Translations under genes and position numbers: made by a program
DNA from: Myxococcota bacterium
GTDB lineage: Bacteria > Myxococcota_A > Polyangia > Polyangiales > Sandaracinaceae
Assembly: GCA_036149055.1 (NCBI GenBank)
Contig: JAYZQJ010000160.1
Coordinates: 1 to 44,787 of the forward strand
Reading direction: 5' to 3'
DNA: 44,787 bases
Notes under the pieces: model-generated
Database searches by the model: none
Seen by the model: the letters and a program-made list of their open reading frames with translations, nothing else
Told to the model about the DNA's origin: nothing
Part shown: piece by piece, positions 29,061-39,595 of the stretch
How positions within the stretch are numbered: position 1 is the stretch's first letter
Layout of the letters: the number at the start of each line of letters is the position of its first letter

Positions 29061-29131
29061 GCGCGGCGTCGCTTCCGATGGCGACGAAGCGCGGCATCAC
29101 GCCTCCCTCCCCGACATGGAGGTATGCGATG
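29061..29131 (+). promoter_or_regulatory. candidate RNA thermometer in the hsp20 5' UTR
   Basis: Hairpin 1: GCGC-gg-CGTCGCT/GGCGACG-aa-GCGC (29061-29092). Hairpin 2: GCAT-cac-GCCTCC pairs with GGAGGT-ATGC, burying the SD (29118-29123). Confidence 0.5.
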
Positions 29132-29581
29132 CTGACACGAATGGGCATGGGCCGGAGCCGACCTGCGATCGGCTTCGACGACCGCGTCTTCGACCAGATG
29201 TTCCGCCTCTTCGGCGACCTCGACCGGGGCTTCTCTCCGGCGTGGCAGACCGCCGCGGCGATGCCCCGGATCGACCTCGTCGACGCCGGCGCGGAGCTGA
29301 AGCTCTTCGCCGAGCTCCCGGGCTTCTCCGAAGAAGACGTGGACATCACGATCGAGCGCAACCGGTTGACCCTGCGCGGGCAGCGGAAGCTCGAGGTCCC
29401 CGAGGGCTACCGCGTCCGCCGCAGCGAGCGCGGTGACCTCGCCTTCGCGCGGAGCATCACGCTGCCCTGCCGCGTGGACGCCGACGGCGTCGAGGCGACC
29501 CTCGAGCACGGCGTGCTCCAGCTGCGCCTGCCCAAGGCGCCCGAGGAGCAGCCGCGTCAGATCACCATCAAGAAGGCCTGA
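29129..29581 (+). CDS. Hsp20/alpha-crystallin small heat-shock protein
   Basis: PRIDLVD..AELPGF..LTLRG..FARSITLP..LEHGVLQLRLPK; SD GGAGGT. Confidence 0.95.
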   Translation: MLTRMGMGRSRPAIGFDDRVFDQMFRLFGDLDRGFSPAWQTAAAMPRIDLVDAGAELKLFAELPGFSEEDVDITIERNRLTLRGQRKLEVPEGYRVRRSERGDLAFARSITLPCRVDADGVEATLEHGVLQLRLPKAPEEQPRQITIKKA

Positions 29582-29593
29582 AGGAGGTGCGAC

Positions 29594-29971
29594 ATGACCG
29601 AACAGACCGCGCTGACACGCACCAACGGGCACACCGCGAACGACGTGATGACGACGATGCCCGCGGTGCAGCCGAACGTGGACATCTTCGAGAACGAGCA
29701 GGAGCTGATCGTCGACTGCGATCTCCCCGGAGTCGCGCAGGACACGCTGTCGGTTCACCTCGACGGAACGCAGCTCACCCTGGAGGGCGAGCGGGCGGCC
29801 TACGAGGGCTGGAGCGTCGCGGCGCGCTACCGGCGGACCTTCACGGTGCCCGAGCACCTGATCGACGCCGATGGCGTGGAGGCCGAGCTCCGTGGGGGCG
29901 TGCTCAGGGTGCGTCTGCCCAAGCGCGACGACGCCCGGCCCCGAAAGATCACCGTCCGATCGGTGGACTGA
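29594..29971 (+). CDS. Hsp20/alpha-crystallin small heat-shock protein
   Basis: PNVDIFE..DLPGV..YRRTFTVP..LRGGVLRVRLPK; SD AGGAGG. Confidence 0.95.
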   Translation: MTEQTALTRTNGHTANDVMTTMPAVQPNVDIFENEQELIVDCDLPGVAQDTLSVHLDGTQLTLEGERAAYEGWSVAARYRRTFTVPEHLIDADGVEAELRGGVLRVRLPKRDDARPRKITVRSVD

Positions 29972-29989
29972 TCAGGCTGGAGGTGACCC

Positions 29990-30376
29990 ATGAGCTCCCG
30001 AGCCTGGACTTCGATCCGGCGCGGCTGGGAGCACCTCACGGCGAGCCTCGCCGGGCAGGCCGTCCCCGTGCGGCGCGGCGTCTCCCTCAGCGGAGCCCGC
30101 GCCGACAGACGGCCGAGCTTCGACGTCCTGGAGTCCGAGCACGAGCTGCTCGTGCGGTGCGACGTCCCGGGCGTCAGGCGCGACGCGCTCGACGTGTGCG
30201 TGGACGGTGACCGACTCGTGGTCACCGCCGCTCCCGACCGCCTCGGCGTCATCCGACTTCCGTGCGCCGTCGCCCCACGCGGCGGCTTCGGCCGCCTCCG
30301 ACGAGGCGAGCTGATCCTCGAGCTCCCCAAGGCGCGGCCCACGGCTGCGCCCGTGGTGAGCGGCATGGCTCTCTGA
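29990..30376 (+). CDS. divergent Hsp20-like protein
   Basis: PSFDVLE..CDVPGV..IRLPCAV..LRRGELILELPK; SD GGAGG. Confidence 0.75.
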   Translation: MSSRAWTSIRRGWEHLTASLAGQAVPVRRGVSLSGARADRRPSFDVLESEHELLVRCDVPGVRRDALDVCVDGDRLVVTAAPDRLGVIRLPCAVAPRGGFGRLRRGELILELPKARPTAAPVVSGMAL

Positions 30377-30397
30377 AACCCCTCCCACCGCCGGGGG

Positions 30398-31423
30398 GTG
30401 GAGCGACGGCTCCGCCCCCCGGCATCCCTGGCAGTGAGGTACGATCCGTCGGTGCTCACCCGCAGCGAGAGGCTCTCCCGGCTCCGGCGGCGCACCGGGG
30501 CGGTGCTCGTCGACGGCTTCTTTCGGGGAGCGTCCCGAGTCGGGCAGCTTCACCCGCTGGCGCGGCCCGAGCGGCACGGGGTGGAGGTGATCCGCGACCT
30601 CGCCTACGCCGAGGAGAGCCGGCGGCGCGAGCACCGCCTCGACGTCTACCGCCCGCGCGACGCGACCGGCCCGCTCCCGGTGGTGATGTACATCCACGGC
30701 GGGGGCTTCCGGATCCTCTCCAAGGACACGCACTGGGTGATGGGGCTCGCGTTCGCGCGGCGCGGCTACCTGGTGTTCAACGTGGGCTACCGCCTCGCGC
30801 CCGCGCACCCGTTCCCCGCCGCGGTCGAGGACACCTGCCGCGCCTTCGAGTGGGTCGTCGAGCACGCCGCGCGCTTCGGTGGAGATCTCGACCGGCTGGC
30901 GATCGCGGGCGAGTCGGCGGGCGCGAACCTGGCGACGAGCGTGACCCTCGCGACCGTCTACGCGCGCGAGGAGCCCTTCGCGCGGCGGGTGTTCGAGACC
31001 GGCGTGGTCCCGAAGGCGGTCCTGCCCGCGTGCGGCATCTTCCAGGTGAGCGACGTGGAGCGCTTCGCCCGACGCAAGGCGCGCTTCTCTCGCTTCTTGC
31101 TCGATCGCCTCGAGGAGGTCGAGCGCGGCTACCTCGGGGGCGCGGAGCACGGCGCCGCGATCGACTTCGCCGATCCACTCTCCTGGCTCGAGCGCCGCGA
31201 GGACCCGGACCGCCCGCTCCCGCCGTTCTTCTTGCCGGTCGGCACCAAGGACCCGCTCCTCGACGACACCCGCCGCCTCGCGAGGGCCCTGCGCGCGCAC
31301 GGGGCGACCGCCGAGGACCGCTACTACGAAGGCGAGATCCACGCCTTCCACGCGTTCCCCTTCCTGAAGAACGCCCGCCGCTGCTGGCGCGACACCTACG
31401 CCTTTCTCGAGCACGCGCTGTGA
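30398..31423 (+). CDS. alpha/beta hydrolase, HSL-family esterase/lipase
   Basis: HGGGF oxyanion motif, GESAG nucleophile elbow, DPLLDD, HAFH. Exact start uncertain. Confidence 0.9.
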   Translation: MERRLRPPASLAVRYDPSVLTRSERLSRLRRRTGAVLVDGFFRGASRVGQLHPLARPERHGVEVIRDLAYAEESRRREHRLDVYRPRDATGPLPVVMYIHGGGFRILSKDTHWVMGLAFARRGYLVFNVGYRLAPAHPFPAAVEDTCRAFEWVVEHAARFGGDLDRLAIAGESAGANLATSVTLATVYAREEPFARRVFETGVVPKAVLPACGIFQVSDVERFARRKARFSRFLLDRLEEVERGYLGGAEHGAAIDFADPLSWLERREDPDRPLPPFFLPVGTKDPLLDDTRRLARALRAHGATAEDRYYEGEIHAFHAFPFLKNARRCWRDTYAFLEHAL

Positions 31424-31427
31424 CGGG

Positions 31428-32888
31428 TCAGCGGCCGTAGGTCGGCGTGTAGGGCCCGAGGGGCTCGACGCGCCACCACCGGCCCGTCTCCAGGAGCAGC
31501 GCCCAGTCGCCGAAGCGGTAGTCGGAGACGCGGGCGCGCACGTAGCGCGGCGGGCGGCCGTCGAACGGATCCTCGGCGAAGAGCGCGAGCACGCTCGGCT
31601 CGGCCTCGAGCAGGCGGCGCATCAGGCGGCCCAGCCACGGGCTCTGACGGTGGTCGCCGAGGGCCGCGAACCACATCTGCCAGTCGAGGCGCGGCATGTG
31701 CGGGGCGCTCCAGCCGGGCAGCTCCGTCGGGTCGCTCGGCTTGTGGCGGAAGCGGTAGGCGCGCCAGGTCTCGCCGTCGAGGCTGCCTTCGAGCTCGATC
31801 TCGCGGCGCGTCGTGGTCATGCGGGCGAAGAGCCCGTAGGTGCTGGTGACGTGGAAGGCGCGCGCGTGGGTGAGCGCCTCGTGGGCGACGTCGGGCAGCG
31901 ACGGCCCGCCGCCGAGGCCGAAGATCAGCGCCAGCGCGCCGAGGCCGATCGGCACGGTCGCGAGGCCGCTCGCCGCGCGCGAGGCCGGCTTCGAGCGCGC
32001 CGGGCCCACCTCGAGCTTCGGGATCCGGGCCAGCCACGCGTCGTCGAGCATCGGCAGCGCGATGACGATCGTCAGCAGGTTGAAGAAGCCGTAGTTGCCG
32101 GTCAGCGCGATGATCCCCATCAGCCCGATGAAGCCGACGCCGGCGACCCGGAGCGCCCAGCCCGCGAGCGCGTCGCGTCTCGACAGCGCGGCGGCCGCGG
32201 CGAGCGGGATCGCGAACGGCAGGACCAGCTCGACCGCGAAGGTGAGCAGCGCCCCGAGCGCGTGCACCCAGCCCGGGAGCTGATGCGCGAGCCAGGAGAG
32301 CGGGCCGGGCAGCGGCTGGGTCCAGTAGTGGAACGAGAGCGCGTCGAGCCCGCGCCAGACCGGGTCGCCGCTCATCAGCTTCACCGCGCCGCTCAGCAGC
32401 ATCAGGCGGAACATCAGCGCGTGGATCGCCCAGCGCGCGAGCGTCGGCATCGGGGTGATCGCGCCGGGCCGATGCAGCGCGCGCCACGGCAGGGCGATCG
32501 CGCCGAGCCACCCGGTCTCGACCAGCAGGATGTCCCACTGGAACGCCATGAACGGCCCGCCGACGTGGCGGAGCGAGAGGTAGAGCAGGGTCGCGATCAG
32601 CGCCGAGGGGCCGGGCGCCGCGCCGAGCAGGAGCGCGAGCGAGGCGAGCTCTCCGAGCAGACAGATCGCGGTCAGCGCGCCGTCGTCCGCGCCGAGCCAC
32701 CAGGTCAGGGTGGGCACGTCCAGGTAGCCGAGGCCCCGCGCCTCGAGGGCCCGCATCCACTCGACCGCGGGCGTGATCCCGCGCTCGCCGATCAGCCCCG
32801 CCTGTTGGAGATGCCACGAGACGAACGCGACCCCGAACACGAGGCCGAGGCCGCGCCCGAACAGGTAGCTCCCCTTGGCGTGGGTCAC
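31428..32888 (-). CDS. lipase maturation factor (LMF1) family membrane protein
   Basis: FQWDILLVETG, FRLMLLSGAVK, YWTQPLP, TGNYGFFNLL, YGLFARMT, PHMPRLDWQMWFAAL. GTGA overlap with the mscS stop. Confidence 0.92.
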   Translation of the reverse strand: MTHAKGSYLFGRGLGLVFGVAFVSWHLQQAGLIGERGITPAVEWMRALEARGLGYLDVPTLTWWLGADDGALTAICLLGELASLALLLGAAPGPSALIATLLYLSLRHVGGPFMAFQWDILLVETGWLGAIALPWRALHRPGAITPMPTLARWAIHALMFRLMLLSGAVKLMSGDPVWRGLDALSFHYWTQPLPGPLSWLAHQLPGWVHALGALLTFAVELVLPFAIPLAAAAALSRRDALAGWALRVAGVGFIGLMGIIALTGNYGFFNLLTIVIALPMLDDAWLARIPKLEVGPARSKPASRAASGLATVPIGLGALALIFGLGGGPSLPDVAHEALTHARAFHVTSTYGLFARMTTTRREIELEGSLDGETWRAYRFRHKPSDPTELPGWSAPHMPRLDWQMWFAALGDHRQSPWLGRLMRRLLEAEPSVLALFAEDPFDGRPPRYVRARVSDYRFGDWALLLETGRWWRVEPLGPYTPTYGR

Positions 32889-33688
32889 GCGACCGAGCGG
32901 TGCAGCACCGCGGGCGCGCCGACGCCCTCCCGCGAGAACGCCTCGAGCACCCGCTCGGTCACGTCGGTCTCGAGCGCCTTCTCGTAGCGGACGTCGACCA
33001 CGTAGACCTTGGCGCGCAGCCGCACGGCTACGAAGTCGTTCTGCTGCACCTCGCTCACCACGATGTTCCAGGGCTTCTTGAGGTAGGTGAAGCGGCTGGA
33101 GGCGAGGGCCTCGCGCACGATGCGCTTGGCGAGCGGGATCGACTGGTCGATGCCGATGAAGAAGTCCATCTGCACCAGCATGTCGAGCGCGCCCGCGTTG
33201 CCGCTCGAGACGATGTCGGTGAGGAACTTGTTGTTCGGGATGGTCACGAGGTTGTCGTCGAGGGTGACGAGGCGGACCGCGCGGAGGCCGATCTCGATCA
33301 CCTCGCCGTAGACCCCGCCGTAGCTGATCCGATCGCCCACCTGGAAGGGCTTGTCGATCAGGATCGTGATGCCGGCGATGATCGACGCGACCAGATCTCG
33401 GAGCGCGATGCCGATGGCCACCGCCAGGGTCCCGCCGAGAGCGAGGAGCGCCTCGTCCGAGAGCTGGAAGACGAGCGAGACCGCGGCCGCGAGCCCGCCC
33501 AGCCAGAGCATCAGGCGGAGGATCGCCTTCGTCTGGTGCAGGGTGAGGCGGTACTCGGTGAAGCGCGTACCGGCCCGCTCGAAGGCGCCCTCGGTGAGCC
33601 GCGCGAGGAACCACGCCACGCCGAGCACGATCGCGGCTGGCAAGAGGCCTTGCGGCCGGAAGAACTGGAGGATGCTGGGGTCGTCCAT
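32885..33688 (-). CDS. mscS: small-conductance mechanosensitive channel family protein
   Basis: Three TM segments, then AIGIALRDLVASIIAG..DKPFQVGDRI..YGEVIEIGLR..DDNLVTIPN. Confidence 0.93.
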   Translation of the reverse strand: MDDPSILQFFRPQGLLPAAIVLGVAWFLARLTEGAFERAGTRFTEYRLTLHQTKAILRLMLWLGGLAAAVSLVFQLSDEALLALGGTLAVAIGIALRDLVASIIAGITILIDKPFQVGDRISYGGVYGEVIEIGLRAVRLVTLDDNLVTIPNNKFLTDIVSSGNAGALDMLVQMDFFIGIDQSIPLAKRIVREALASSRFTYLKKPWNIVVSEVQQNDFVAVRLRAKVYVVDVRYEKALETDVTERVLEAFSREGVGAPAVLHRSVA

Positions 33689-33698
33689 CGCCGTGACC

Positions 33699-36600
33699 TC
33701 AATCGAAGAGCAGCCGCTTGCGGCGCAGGTAGCGGATGATCGCGCGGTACCAGTGGGTCGTGAGGCGCCAGCTCCCGTGCTCGTCCCGGAAGACGTAGCG
33801 GCGGCCGGCGAGATAGGCGAGGACCGCGGCGCACTCGCGGCGATCCATGTGGGTGGTCAGCGCCGCCTCCGCCTCGGTCACGTTCTCGTGGAGCGCCACC
33901 GCGGCGAGCAGGAAGCGGCTCTGCTCGTGCAGCTCCTCGAGCGCCTCGACCTCGGGCGCGCGGAAGAGCTGGACCCGGAGCTGGCCGTTCTCGACGTCGA
34001 GCGAGTGCAGCCAGTAGTGCATCGCGATGCGCGGGTTGCCCTGGGCGTAGTCCCAGAGGAGGCGCAGGTACTCGCTCTCGGTGCGCAGCACCGCGTCCTC
34101 GAGCGCGCTCCCGGCGAGGCGATCCACCACCAGGTCCCGGAACGACGCCTTGCGATCGAGCGCCTTCATCCGCGTCCGGATCAGCGCCGCGATCTGCTCC
34201 TCGGGCCAGCCGGTCAGCTGCACGCGGTCGGAGAAGAGATCCTGCGCCTGGCGGGCGCGCTCGAGGTAGAGCCAGGTGTAGCGGGAGAAGGCGCAGACCC
34301 ACACGATCTGCTCGGCGGTGCGCGCCGTGATCTCGACCAGCGTGTCGAGCGCCCGGGTCCCGCCGATCGCGCGGAGGACCAGGTTCTGCCCGTGGTCGAG
34401 GAGCACGATGCGCTTCGCCGTGGCCTCCTTCACCTTGGCGTCGAGCTCGTCGACGGTGCTGCAGGGATCGATGCCGAGGATCTCGGCGCTGATCCAGCGG
34501 GTGACCTGCTCGGGCTCGGTCAGCCCGTCGGGCACGTCGACGATCGCCGCGTGCACGTCGGTCCGCTCGACGAGCTCGCGCATCCAGGTGGTCTTGCCGA
34601 TGCCGCGCTCGCCGATGAGCGCCACCGAGAAGCCTTCGCCTCCGTCGCGCCAGCGGGCGACCTTCTCGGCGATCGCGTCGAGCTGCGGGAAGTGTCCGAT
34701 CTCGAGGTCCCGGTCGCCGGGCGTCTCGCGGAAGGCCTCGCGCACGTCCTCGGGCAGGGCCTCGATCTCGCGCTCGGGGCGGCGCGTCTCGGTCGCCTTC
34801 TCGAGCCGGCGACGGAAGAGGAAGGCGAACGCGCGCCGGGACTGCTCGAAGCGGAGCGCGAGCTCCTTGAAGGCGGTGGTCGCGCCGACGTAGCCGAGCT
34901 GCGCGGCGGCCGGCGGGGTCAGGAGCCAGCGGCGCACCCGCGAGGGGGGCTCACCGATCCGCGTGGCGACGAAGCCCTCCGGGTAGCGGTCGGCGTGCGC
35001 CTTCACCACGTCGTCGTTCCAGCGGTGGATCAGCGTCGCGGTGAGCGGCACCAGGCCGAGCCACGCGATGTCGACGACGATCGAGTAGAGGTAGCCGCGG
35101 CCGACGAGCAGCTCGCTCAGGCGCAGGAAGGTTACGGCCACGAACACGTAGCCGAGCACCAGCCGGGTGGAGGTGAAGATGCGCCGCGAGAGGGTGGCGC
35201 GGCCGGCCCCGTGGCGGAGGCGGGAGACGAAGAGCCGCGCGGTCGCGGTCACCGCCACGATGAGCCACGCGAAGCCGAGCACCACGATGCGCAGCCCGTC
35301 GACCAGCAGCGAGTCGGTCAGCGCGTCGAGCAGCCCGAAGATCAGGTGCAGCGCCAGGACCACGAAGAGCGGCACGAGGAGCGCGCCGAAGACCGCCCAG
35401 AACGGGCGGACGAGGGCCGTCCACTGCCGCTGCCCGGTGCGCTTGTGCAGGGCCTCCCGCAGGCGCGCGGTCAGCGTCTCCCGGCGGCGCCAGACGACTA
35501 CGATCGCGATCGCCAGGGCGAGCAGCCCGAGGATCTCGTTGCGGGTCGTCGAGAGCGCGAGCATCGCCCCGAGCGTGGCCGGCAGCCGAGGGAGCTCGTG
35601 CCAGGTGCGCAGCCCCCAGTAGCGCCCCATCAGGCGGATCTGGTTGAGCTCGCGGCCCAGCTGCTCGCGCCCCTCCGGCCCGAGGCCGAGCATCGTCTCC
35701 CGCGCCCGCCGCGACATGCGCGGGAGCAGCCGGATCCGGAGCTCGTCGAGCTGACGCACGTCCTCGGCGATCCGGCTGGCGCGCTCCCAGCGGAGCCGCC
35801 GCTCCGCCTCCTGGGCCTCCCGCAGGTGGGTGCGGTGCGTCTCGATCGCCTCGTCGAGCCGCTCGCGCGCCTCGAACTCGCCGTAGATCGGCTCGCCGAG
35901 GTCGATGCCCGGCTCGTAGGTCGGCGCGTCCGATGGGCTGCCGATCGCGTCGAGCGCCTGGTCGAGGCGCCACCGATCGCGTCGCAGCAGCAGCACCACC
36001 TCGCGGTAGCGGCGGTCGGCCTCGGCCTCGTCGATCCGGCCGCGGGCGAGGGCGCGGGTGAGGGTGTGCGCGACCTGCAGGCGCTCGGCGCTGCGGAGCG
36101 CGACCGCCTGCCGCTCCCGCGCGAGCCGGGCCTGCCACTGGGCGAGCTCCTCGCGCGCGGTCTCGACCCGGGCGCGCTCGGCGAGCAGGTCCCGCTCGAT
36201 CGCCGAGGCGGTGGCCGCCGCCCGATCGAGGGCCTCCTGCCGCGCGGCTTGCGCGCGCTGCGCCTCCTCGCCGGCCCGCCGCTCCTCGGCCCGGGACGCC
36301 TCCTGCTCGGCCGAGATCCGGCGCCGGGTGCGCACCGCGTCGAGCACCGCGGCGCGCTCTTCGGTCGGCAGGGTGAGGAAGCGGAGGCGGAGGCGGTCGC
36401 GCTGGAGGCGGAGGGCCTCGAGGTCGACGCTGGGCGCCGTCTCCGGCTCCGAGTCCGAGCCCGGCGCCGAGTCCGAGTCCGAAGCCGAGTCCGGGTCCGA
36501 GTCCGGGTCCGAGTCCGAGGCGGGGGCCGGGCCCGCGTCCGCGGCCGTGCCCGCGTCGGTGGGGGGCGGTCCTGCGTCGGGCGGCGGGCCGGCGTCGCCC

Positions 36601-36992
36601 GGGGCTCCGGCGTCGGTCGGGGGCGGGGGAGGCGGCGGCGCCTCGCGGGCGGCGATCGCGGCGCGCAGCGCGTCCACCCGGGCCGAGTGCGCCGCCTCGT
36701 CGAGGAGATCCACCTCGAACAGCGTCTGCGGGTCGAGCTCGGCGGGGAGGCGGCCGGCGAGGAGCTCCTCGAGGGCGTGAATCTGGGCGCGCAGGGTCTC
36801 GGCCGGATCACGCGGCGGGGGAGGGCCGGCGTCCGGCACCAGGCCTCCGTCCACCGGCGGGCCGGCGTCCTCCGTCGCGCCGGCGTCTCGGACGCGGCGC
36901 ACCCCGGCGTCGGGCGCGGGAGGCGGCGTGGCCTCCCCACAGCCCAGCGCCAGCGCGACCAGCGCGAGACGGAAGACGACGGACGGACGCAT
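33699..36992 (-). CDS. large lipoprotein-anchored coiled-coil/multi-TM protein with C-terminal P-loop NTPase
   Basis: ALALG-C lipobox, Pro/Asp linker, long coiled coil, 5-6 TM segments, Walker [10 protein letters not shown], Walker B IVLLDH, GNPR, HTH-like tail. Confidence 0.85.
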   Translation of the reverse strand: MRPSVVFRLALVALALGCGEATPPPAPDAGVRRVRDAGATEDAGPPVDGGLVPDAGPPPPRDPAETLRAQIHALEELLAGRLPAELDPQTLFEVDLLDEAAHSARVDALRAAIAAREAPPPPPPPTDAGAPGDAGPPPDAGPPPTDAGTAADAGPAPASDSDPDSDPDSASDSDSAPGSDSEPETAPSVDLEALRLQRDRLRLRFLTLPTEERAAVLDAVRTRRRISAEQEASRAEERRAGEEAQRAQAARQEALDRAAATASAIERDLLAERARVETAREELAQWQARLARERQAVALRSAERLQVAHTLTRALARGRIDEAEADRRYREVVLLLRRDRWRLDQALDAIGSPSDAPTYEPGIDLGEPIYGEFEARERLDEAIETHRTHLREAQEAERRLRWERASRIAEDVRQLDELRIRLLPRMSRRARETMLGLGPEGREQLGRELNQIRLMGRYWGLRTWHELPRLPATLGAMLALSTTRNEILGLLALAIAIVVVWRRRETLTARLREALHKRTGQRQWTALVRPFWAVFGALLVPLFVVLALHLIFGLLDALTDSLLVDGLRIVVLGFAWLIVAVTATARLFVSRLRHGAGRATLSRRIFTSTRLVLGYVFVAVTFLRLSELLVGRGYLYSIVVDIAWLGLVPLTATLIHRWNDDVVKAHADRYPEGFVATRIGEPPSRVRRWLLTPPAAAQLGYVGATTAFKELALRFEQSRRAFAFLFRRRLEKATETRRPEREIEALPEDVREAFRETPGDRDLEIGHFPQLDAIAEKVARWRDGGEGFSVALIGERGIGKTTWMRELVERTDVHAAIVDVPDGLTEPEQVTRWISAEILGIDPCSTVDELDAKVKEATAKRIVLLDHGQNLVLRAIGGTRALDTLVEITARTAEQIVWVCAFSRYTWLYLERARQAQDLFSDRVQLTGWPEEQIAALIRTRMKALDRKASFRDLVVDRLAGSALEDAVLRTESEYLRLLWDYAQGNPRIAMHYWLHSLDVENGQLRVQLFRAPEVEALEELHEQSRFLLAAVALHENVTEAEAALTTHMDRRECAAVLAYLAGRRYVFRDEHGSWRLTTHWYRAIIRYLRRKRLLFD
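36448..36519. repeat. imperfect hexamer tandem repeat (TCCGAG/TCCGGG) encoding an SD/PD linker
   Basis: gagtccgagtccgaagccgagtccgggtccgagtccgggtccgagtcc encodes [17 protein letters not shown] on the - strand. Confidence 0.8.
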
Positions 36993-37039
36993 GCGACCGC
37001 CACCGTATCAGCGGGGGTCCGAGCGCCCGAACTTCCCCG

Positions 37040-37996
37040 TCAGCCGGAGAACGAGACCGTCAGCGTGGCGCCGCCGCGGGGCCCCGAGGTGCCGATGCGG
37101 CGCGAGACGAGGGCGCCCGAGATGCACCGGGCCACCGCGGTGTTCCCGGTGCTGTTGTTCACCACCCGCGAGGTGGTGATGCGGCCGTCGTGCGCGACCG
37201 AGATCTGCACGCTGACGGAGCCGTGGGCGCCGCTCTGCTGGAAGCACTGCTGAGCGGCCGAGCGCACCGCCGAGCGGACGCGGGACTCGTAGGTCTGTCG
37301 CGGGCGAGCCCGCTCACGCGGGGGCGCGCTCTCCTCGGCCGGCGCCGCGACCTCCTCGGCCGGCGGCTCCTCGGCGGGCGGCTCTTCCGCGGGCGGCGCC
37401 TCCTCGACCGCGGCTTCCTCGGCGGGCGGCTCCTCGACCGCGGCCTCCTCGGTGGGGGGCTCCTCGGCGGGCGGCTCCTCCTCGACCGCGGCCTCGGCGG
37501 TCGCCTCGGTCGGCACCTCCTCGGGGGTCACCTCCTGGGCCGCCTCCTGGGCCGCCTCCTGCGCTTGGGCGGCCGCCTGCTGGGCCTCCTCGATCGCGTC
37601 CTCGGCGTCGGCGACCGCGCCCTGCTGCTGCGACGGCACCCACCAGAAGAAGTAGGCCGCGGCCGCGCCGCCCGCGCCGGCGAAGAGGAAGAACACGAGC
37701 ACCAACAGGATCAGCCCGAGGCCGCCCTTCTTCTTCTTCTTGGGGGGCGGCGCCTGCTGGACCGCGGCCGCCGGGGGCTGCGACGGCGGATGGCTGAAGC
37801 TCGCCGGCGGCTGCGAGGCGCCGGGGGGCGGCGGCTGCGAGACGGGAGCGCCCATGCCCTGGGGATGCGCGGCGGTGGCCGGGAACTGGCTCGGGCTCCC
37901 GTGGCCGGGCGCGGTTTCGCGCGCGAGGCCGGCGCCGCAGCGCTCACAGGCCTGGGCGTGGGGAGGGTTCGCGTGACCGCACTGGGCGCAGAGCAT
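37040..37996 (-). CDS. zinc-ribbon/TM/Glu-Pro linker protein with TonB-C-like (AgmX/PglI-type) C-terminal domain
   Basis: [18 protein letters not shown] followed by a TM segment, EEPPAEE linker, [15 protein letters not shown]...VARCI. Confidence 0.8.
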   Translation of the reverse strand: MLCAQCGHANPPHAQACERCGAGLARETAPGHGSPSQFPATAAHPQGMGAPVSQPPPPGASQPPASFSHPPSQPPAAAVQQAPPPKKKKKGGLGLILLVLVFFLFAGAGGAAAAYFFWWVPSQQQGAVADAEDAIEEAQQAAAQAQEAAQEAAQEVTPEEVPTEATAEAAVEEEPPAEEPPTEEAAVEEPPAEEAAVEEAPPAEEPPAEEPPAEEVAAPAEESAPPRERARPRQTYESRVRSAVRSAAQQCFQQSGAHGSVSVQISVAHDGRITTSRVVNNSTGNTAVARCISGALVSRRIGTSGPRGGATLTVSFSG

Positions 37997-38071
37997 GGCC
38001 GCGAGCATATCCCCCGCGCCCTGGCCCGGCGCAAGCTCGCGTCCCATCCGCTTTGGTCCCAGCGTGTGGGC

Positions 38072-39565
38072 ATGGAGCGCACGGACGTGGCCGTGATCGG
38101 CGCCGGCTTCGGTGGGCTGGGCGCCGCGCTCGCCCTCGCGGAGCGGGGCGCGGACGTCACCCTGCTCGAGACCCTGGCCTACCCGGGGGGCTGCGCGAGC
38201 ACCTTCCGCCGCCGGGGCTGCCGCTTCGAGTCGGGCGCGACCCTCTTCAGCGGGTTCGGCGAGGGGCAGCTCTTCGCGGAGTGGATCGCGCGCCACGGGC
38301 TCGACGTGCACGTCGACTTCCTCGACCCGGTCGTGACGCTGCGCGCGCCCGGGCTGGAGCTCGCCGTGCCCGCCGAGCGCGAGGCCTGGGTCGACGCGCT
38401 CGCGGCGCGGGCGGGGGAGCGAGGCCCGGCGGTGCGGGCGTTCTTCGACACCCAGGGGCGCTGCGCGGACGCGCTCTGGTCGCTCTTCTCGGACCCGGAC
38501 CTGCTGCCTCCCTTCGGCTTCGGTGGGTTCTGGCGCCACGTCGCCCGCGTCCCGCGGTATCTCCCGCTGCTCTCCTGGGTCGGCAAGCCGCTGCGCGCCC
38601 TCGTCGACGCCCACGGGCTCGGTGATCTCCGGGCGCTCACCCTCTTCCTCGACGCGGTCAGCCAGATCACCGTGCAGGCGAGCGCGGCCGAGGCGGAGGC
38701 GCCCTTCGCGATGGCCACCATGGACTATTACTTCCGCGGGACCGGCCACGTGCGCGGCGGGATCGGGGAGCTGGCCTGGGCCCTGACCGGCGCGCTCGAG
38801 GGGCTCGGCGGGCGGGTCCGCATGACCGACCGGGTGAAGGCGCTCCGGCGCGAGGACGGAGTCTGGCGGCTCGAGACCCGGCGCGGCGTGCTCGAGGCGG
38901 AGACGGTGGTCGCGAACCTCCTGCCGCAGAGCGTGCAGCAGCTCCTGCCCGAGAACGCCGACGTCGAGCCCAGGCTGCTCGAGCTGGCCGGCGCGGTGGA
39001 GGAGGGGTGGGGCGCCGCGATGCTCTACCTGCTGGTCGAGCCGGACGCGATCCCCGAGGAGGGCGCCCATCACCTGGAGCTCGTCGCCGACCCCGACGCG
39101 CCGTTCCTCGAGGGCAACCACGTGTTCTGCTCGATCAGCGCGCGGGGTGAAGAGCGGGCCCCCGACGGCGGCCGCACGGTCACCGTGTCGACCCACGTCC
39201 CGATGCAGCCGCGCGAGGATCCGGCGACCTACATCGCCAGCGTCCAGGCGCGGATGCGCAGCACCCTGAGGCGGCTCGCCCCCGGGCTCGCCGAGGCGGT
39301 GCGCTCCGAGATGACGGCCAGCCCGCGGACCTTCGAGCGCTTCACCGGGCGCCACCGCGGCTTCGTCGGCGGCGTGCCCCGCCGCTACGGCTGGCACAAC
39401 TACGAGCACATGTGGCCGTCGCCGGTGGCCGAGGGGCTCTACCTCGTCGGCGACACCGTCTTCCCGGGGCAGAGCACCCTGGCCACCGCGCTCGGCGGGG
39501 TGAAGCTCGCCGACCACCTCGCTGGCAGATCTCGTGCAAAAAAGACTTCCGCCCGATCGGCTTGA
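38072..39565 (+). CDS. FAD-dependent carotenoid desaturase family protein (CrtD/CrtI-like)
   Basis: [55 protein letters not shown]. Confidence 0.88.
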   Translation: MERTDVAVIGAGFGGLGAALALAERGADVTLLETLAYPGGCASTFRRRGCRFESGATLFSGFGEGQLFAEWIARHGLDVHVDFLDPVVTLRAPGLELAVPAEREAWVDALAARAGERGPAVRAFFDTQGRCADALWSLFSDPDLLPPFGFGGFWRHVARVPRYLPLLSWVGKPLRALVDAHGLGDLRALTLFLDAVSQITVQASAAEAEAPFAMATMDYYFRGTGHVRGGIGELAWALTGALEGLGGRVRMTDRVKALRREDGVWRLETRRGVLEAETVVANLLPQSVQQLLPENADVEPRLLELAGAVEEGWGAAMLYLLVEPDAIPEEGAHHLELVADPDAPFLEGNHVFCSISARGEERAPDGGRTVTVSTHVPMQPREDPATYIASVQARMRSTLRRLAPGLAEAVRSEMTASPRTFERFTGRHRGFVGGVPRRYGWHNYEHMWPSPVAEGLYLVGDTVFPGQSTLATALGGVKLADHLAGRSRAKKTSARSA

Positions 39566-39595
39566 CGCGTAGGGTCACCGGTCGGAGGGAAAGAC

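Noticed and set aside
30398..32888. Functional lipase + lipase-maturation-factor pair
   Set aside because: The genes are convergent, the esterase has no signal peptide, and LMF is coupled to mscS instead; the name match is probably coincidental.
38072..39565. Carotenoid biosynthesis cluster
   Set aside because: Only a single desaturase-family gene; no crtB/crtE or other pathway genes in the window.
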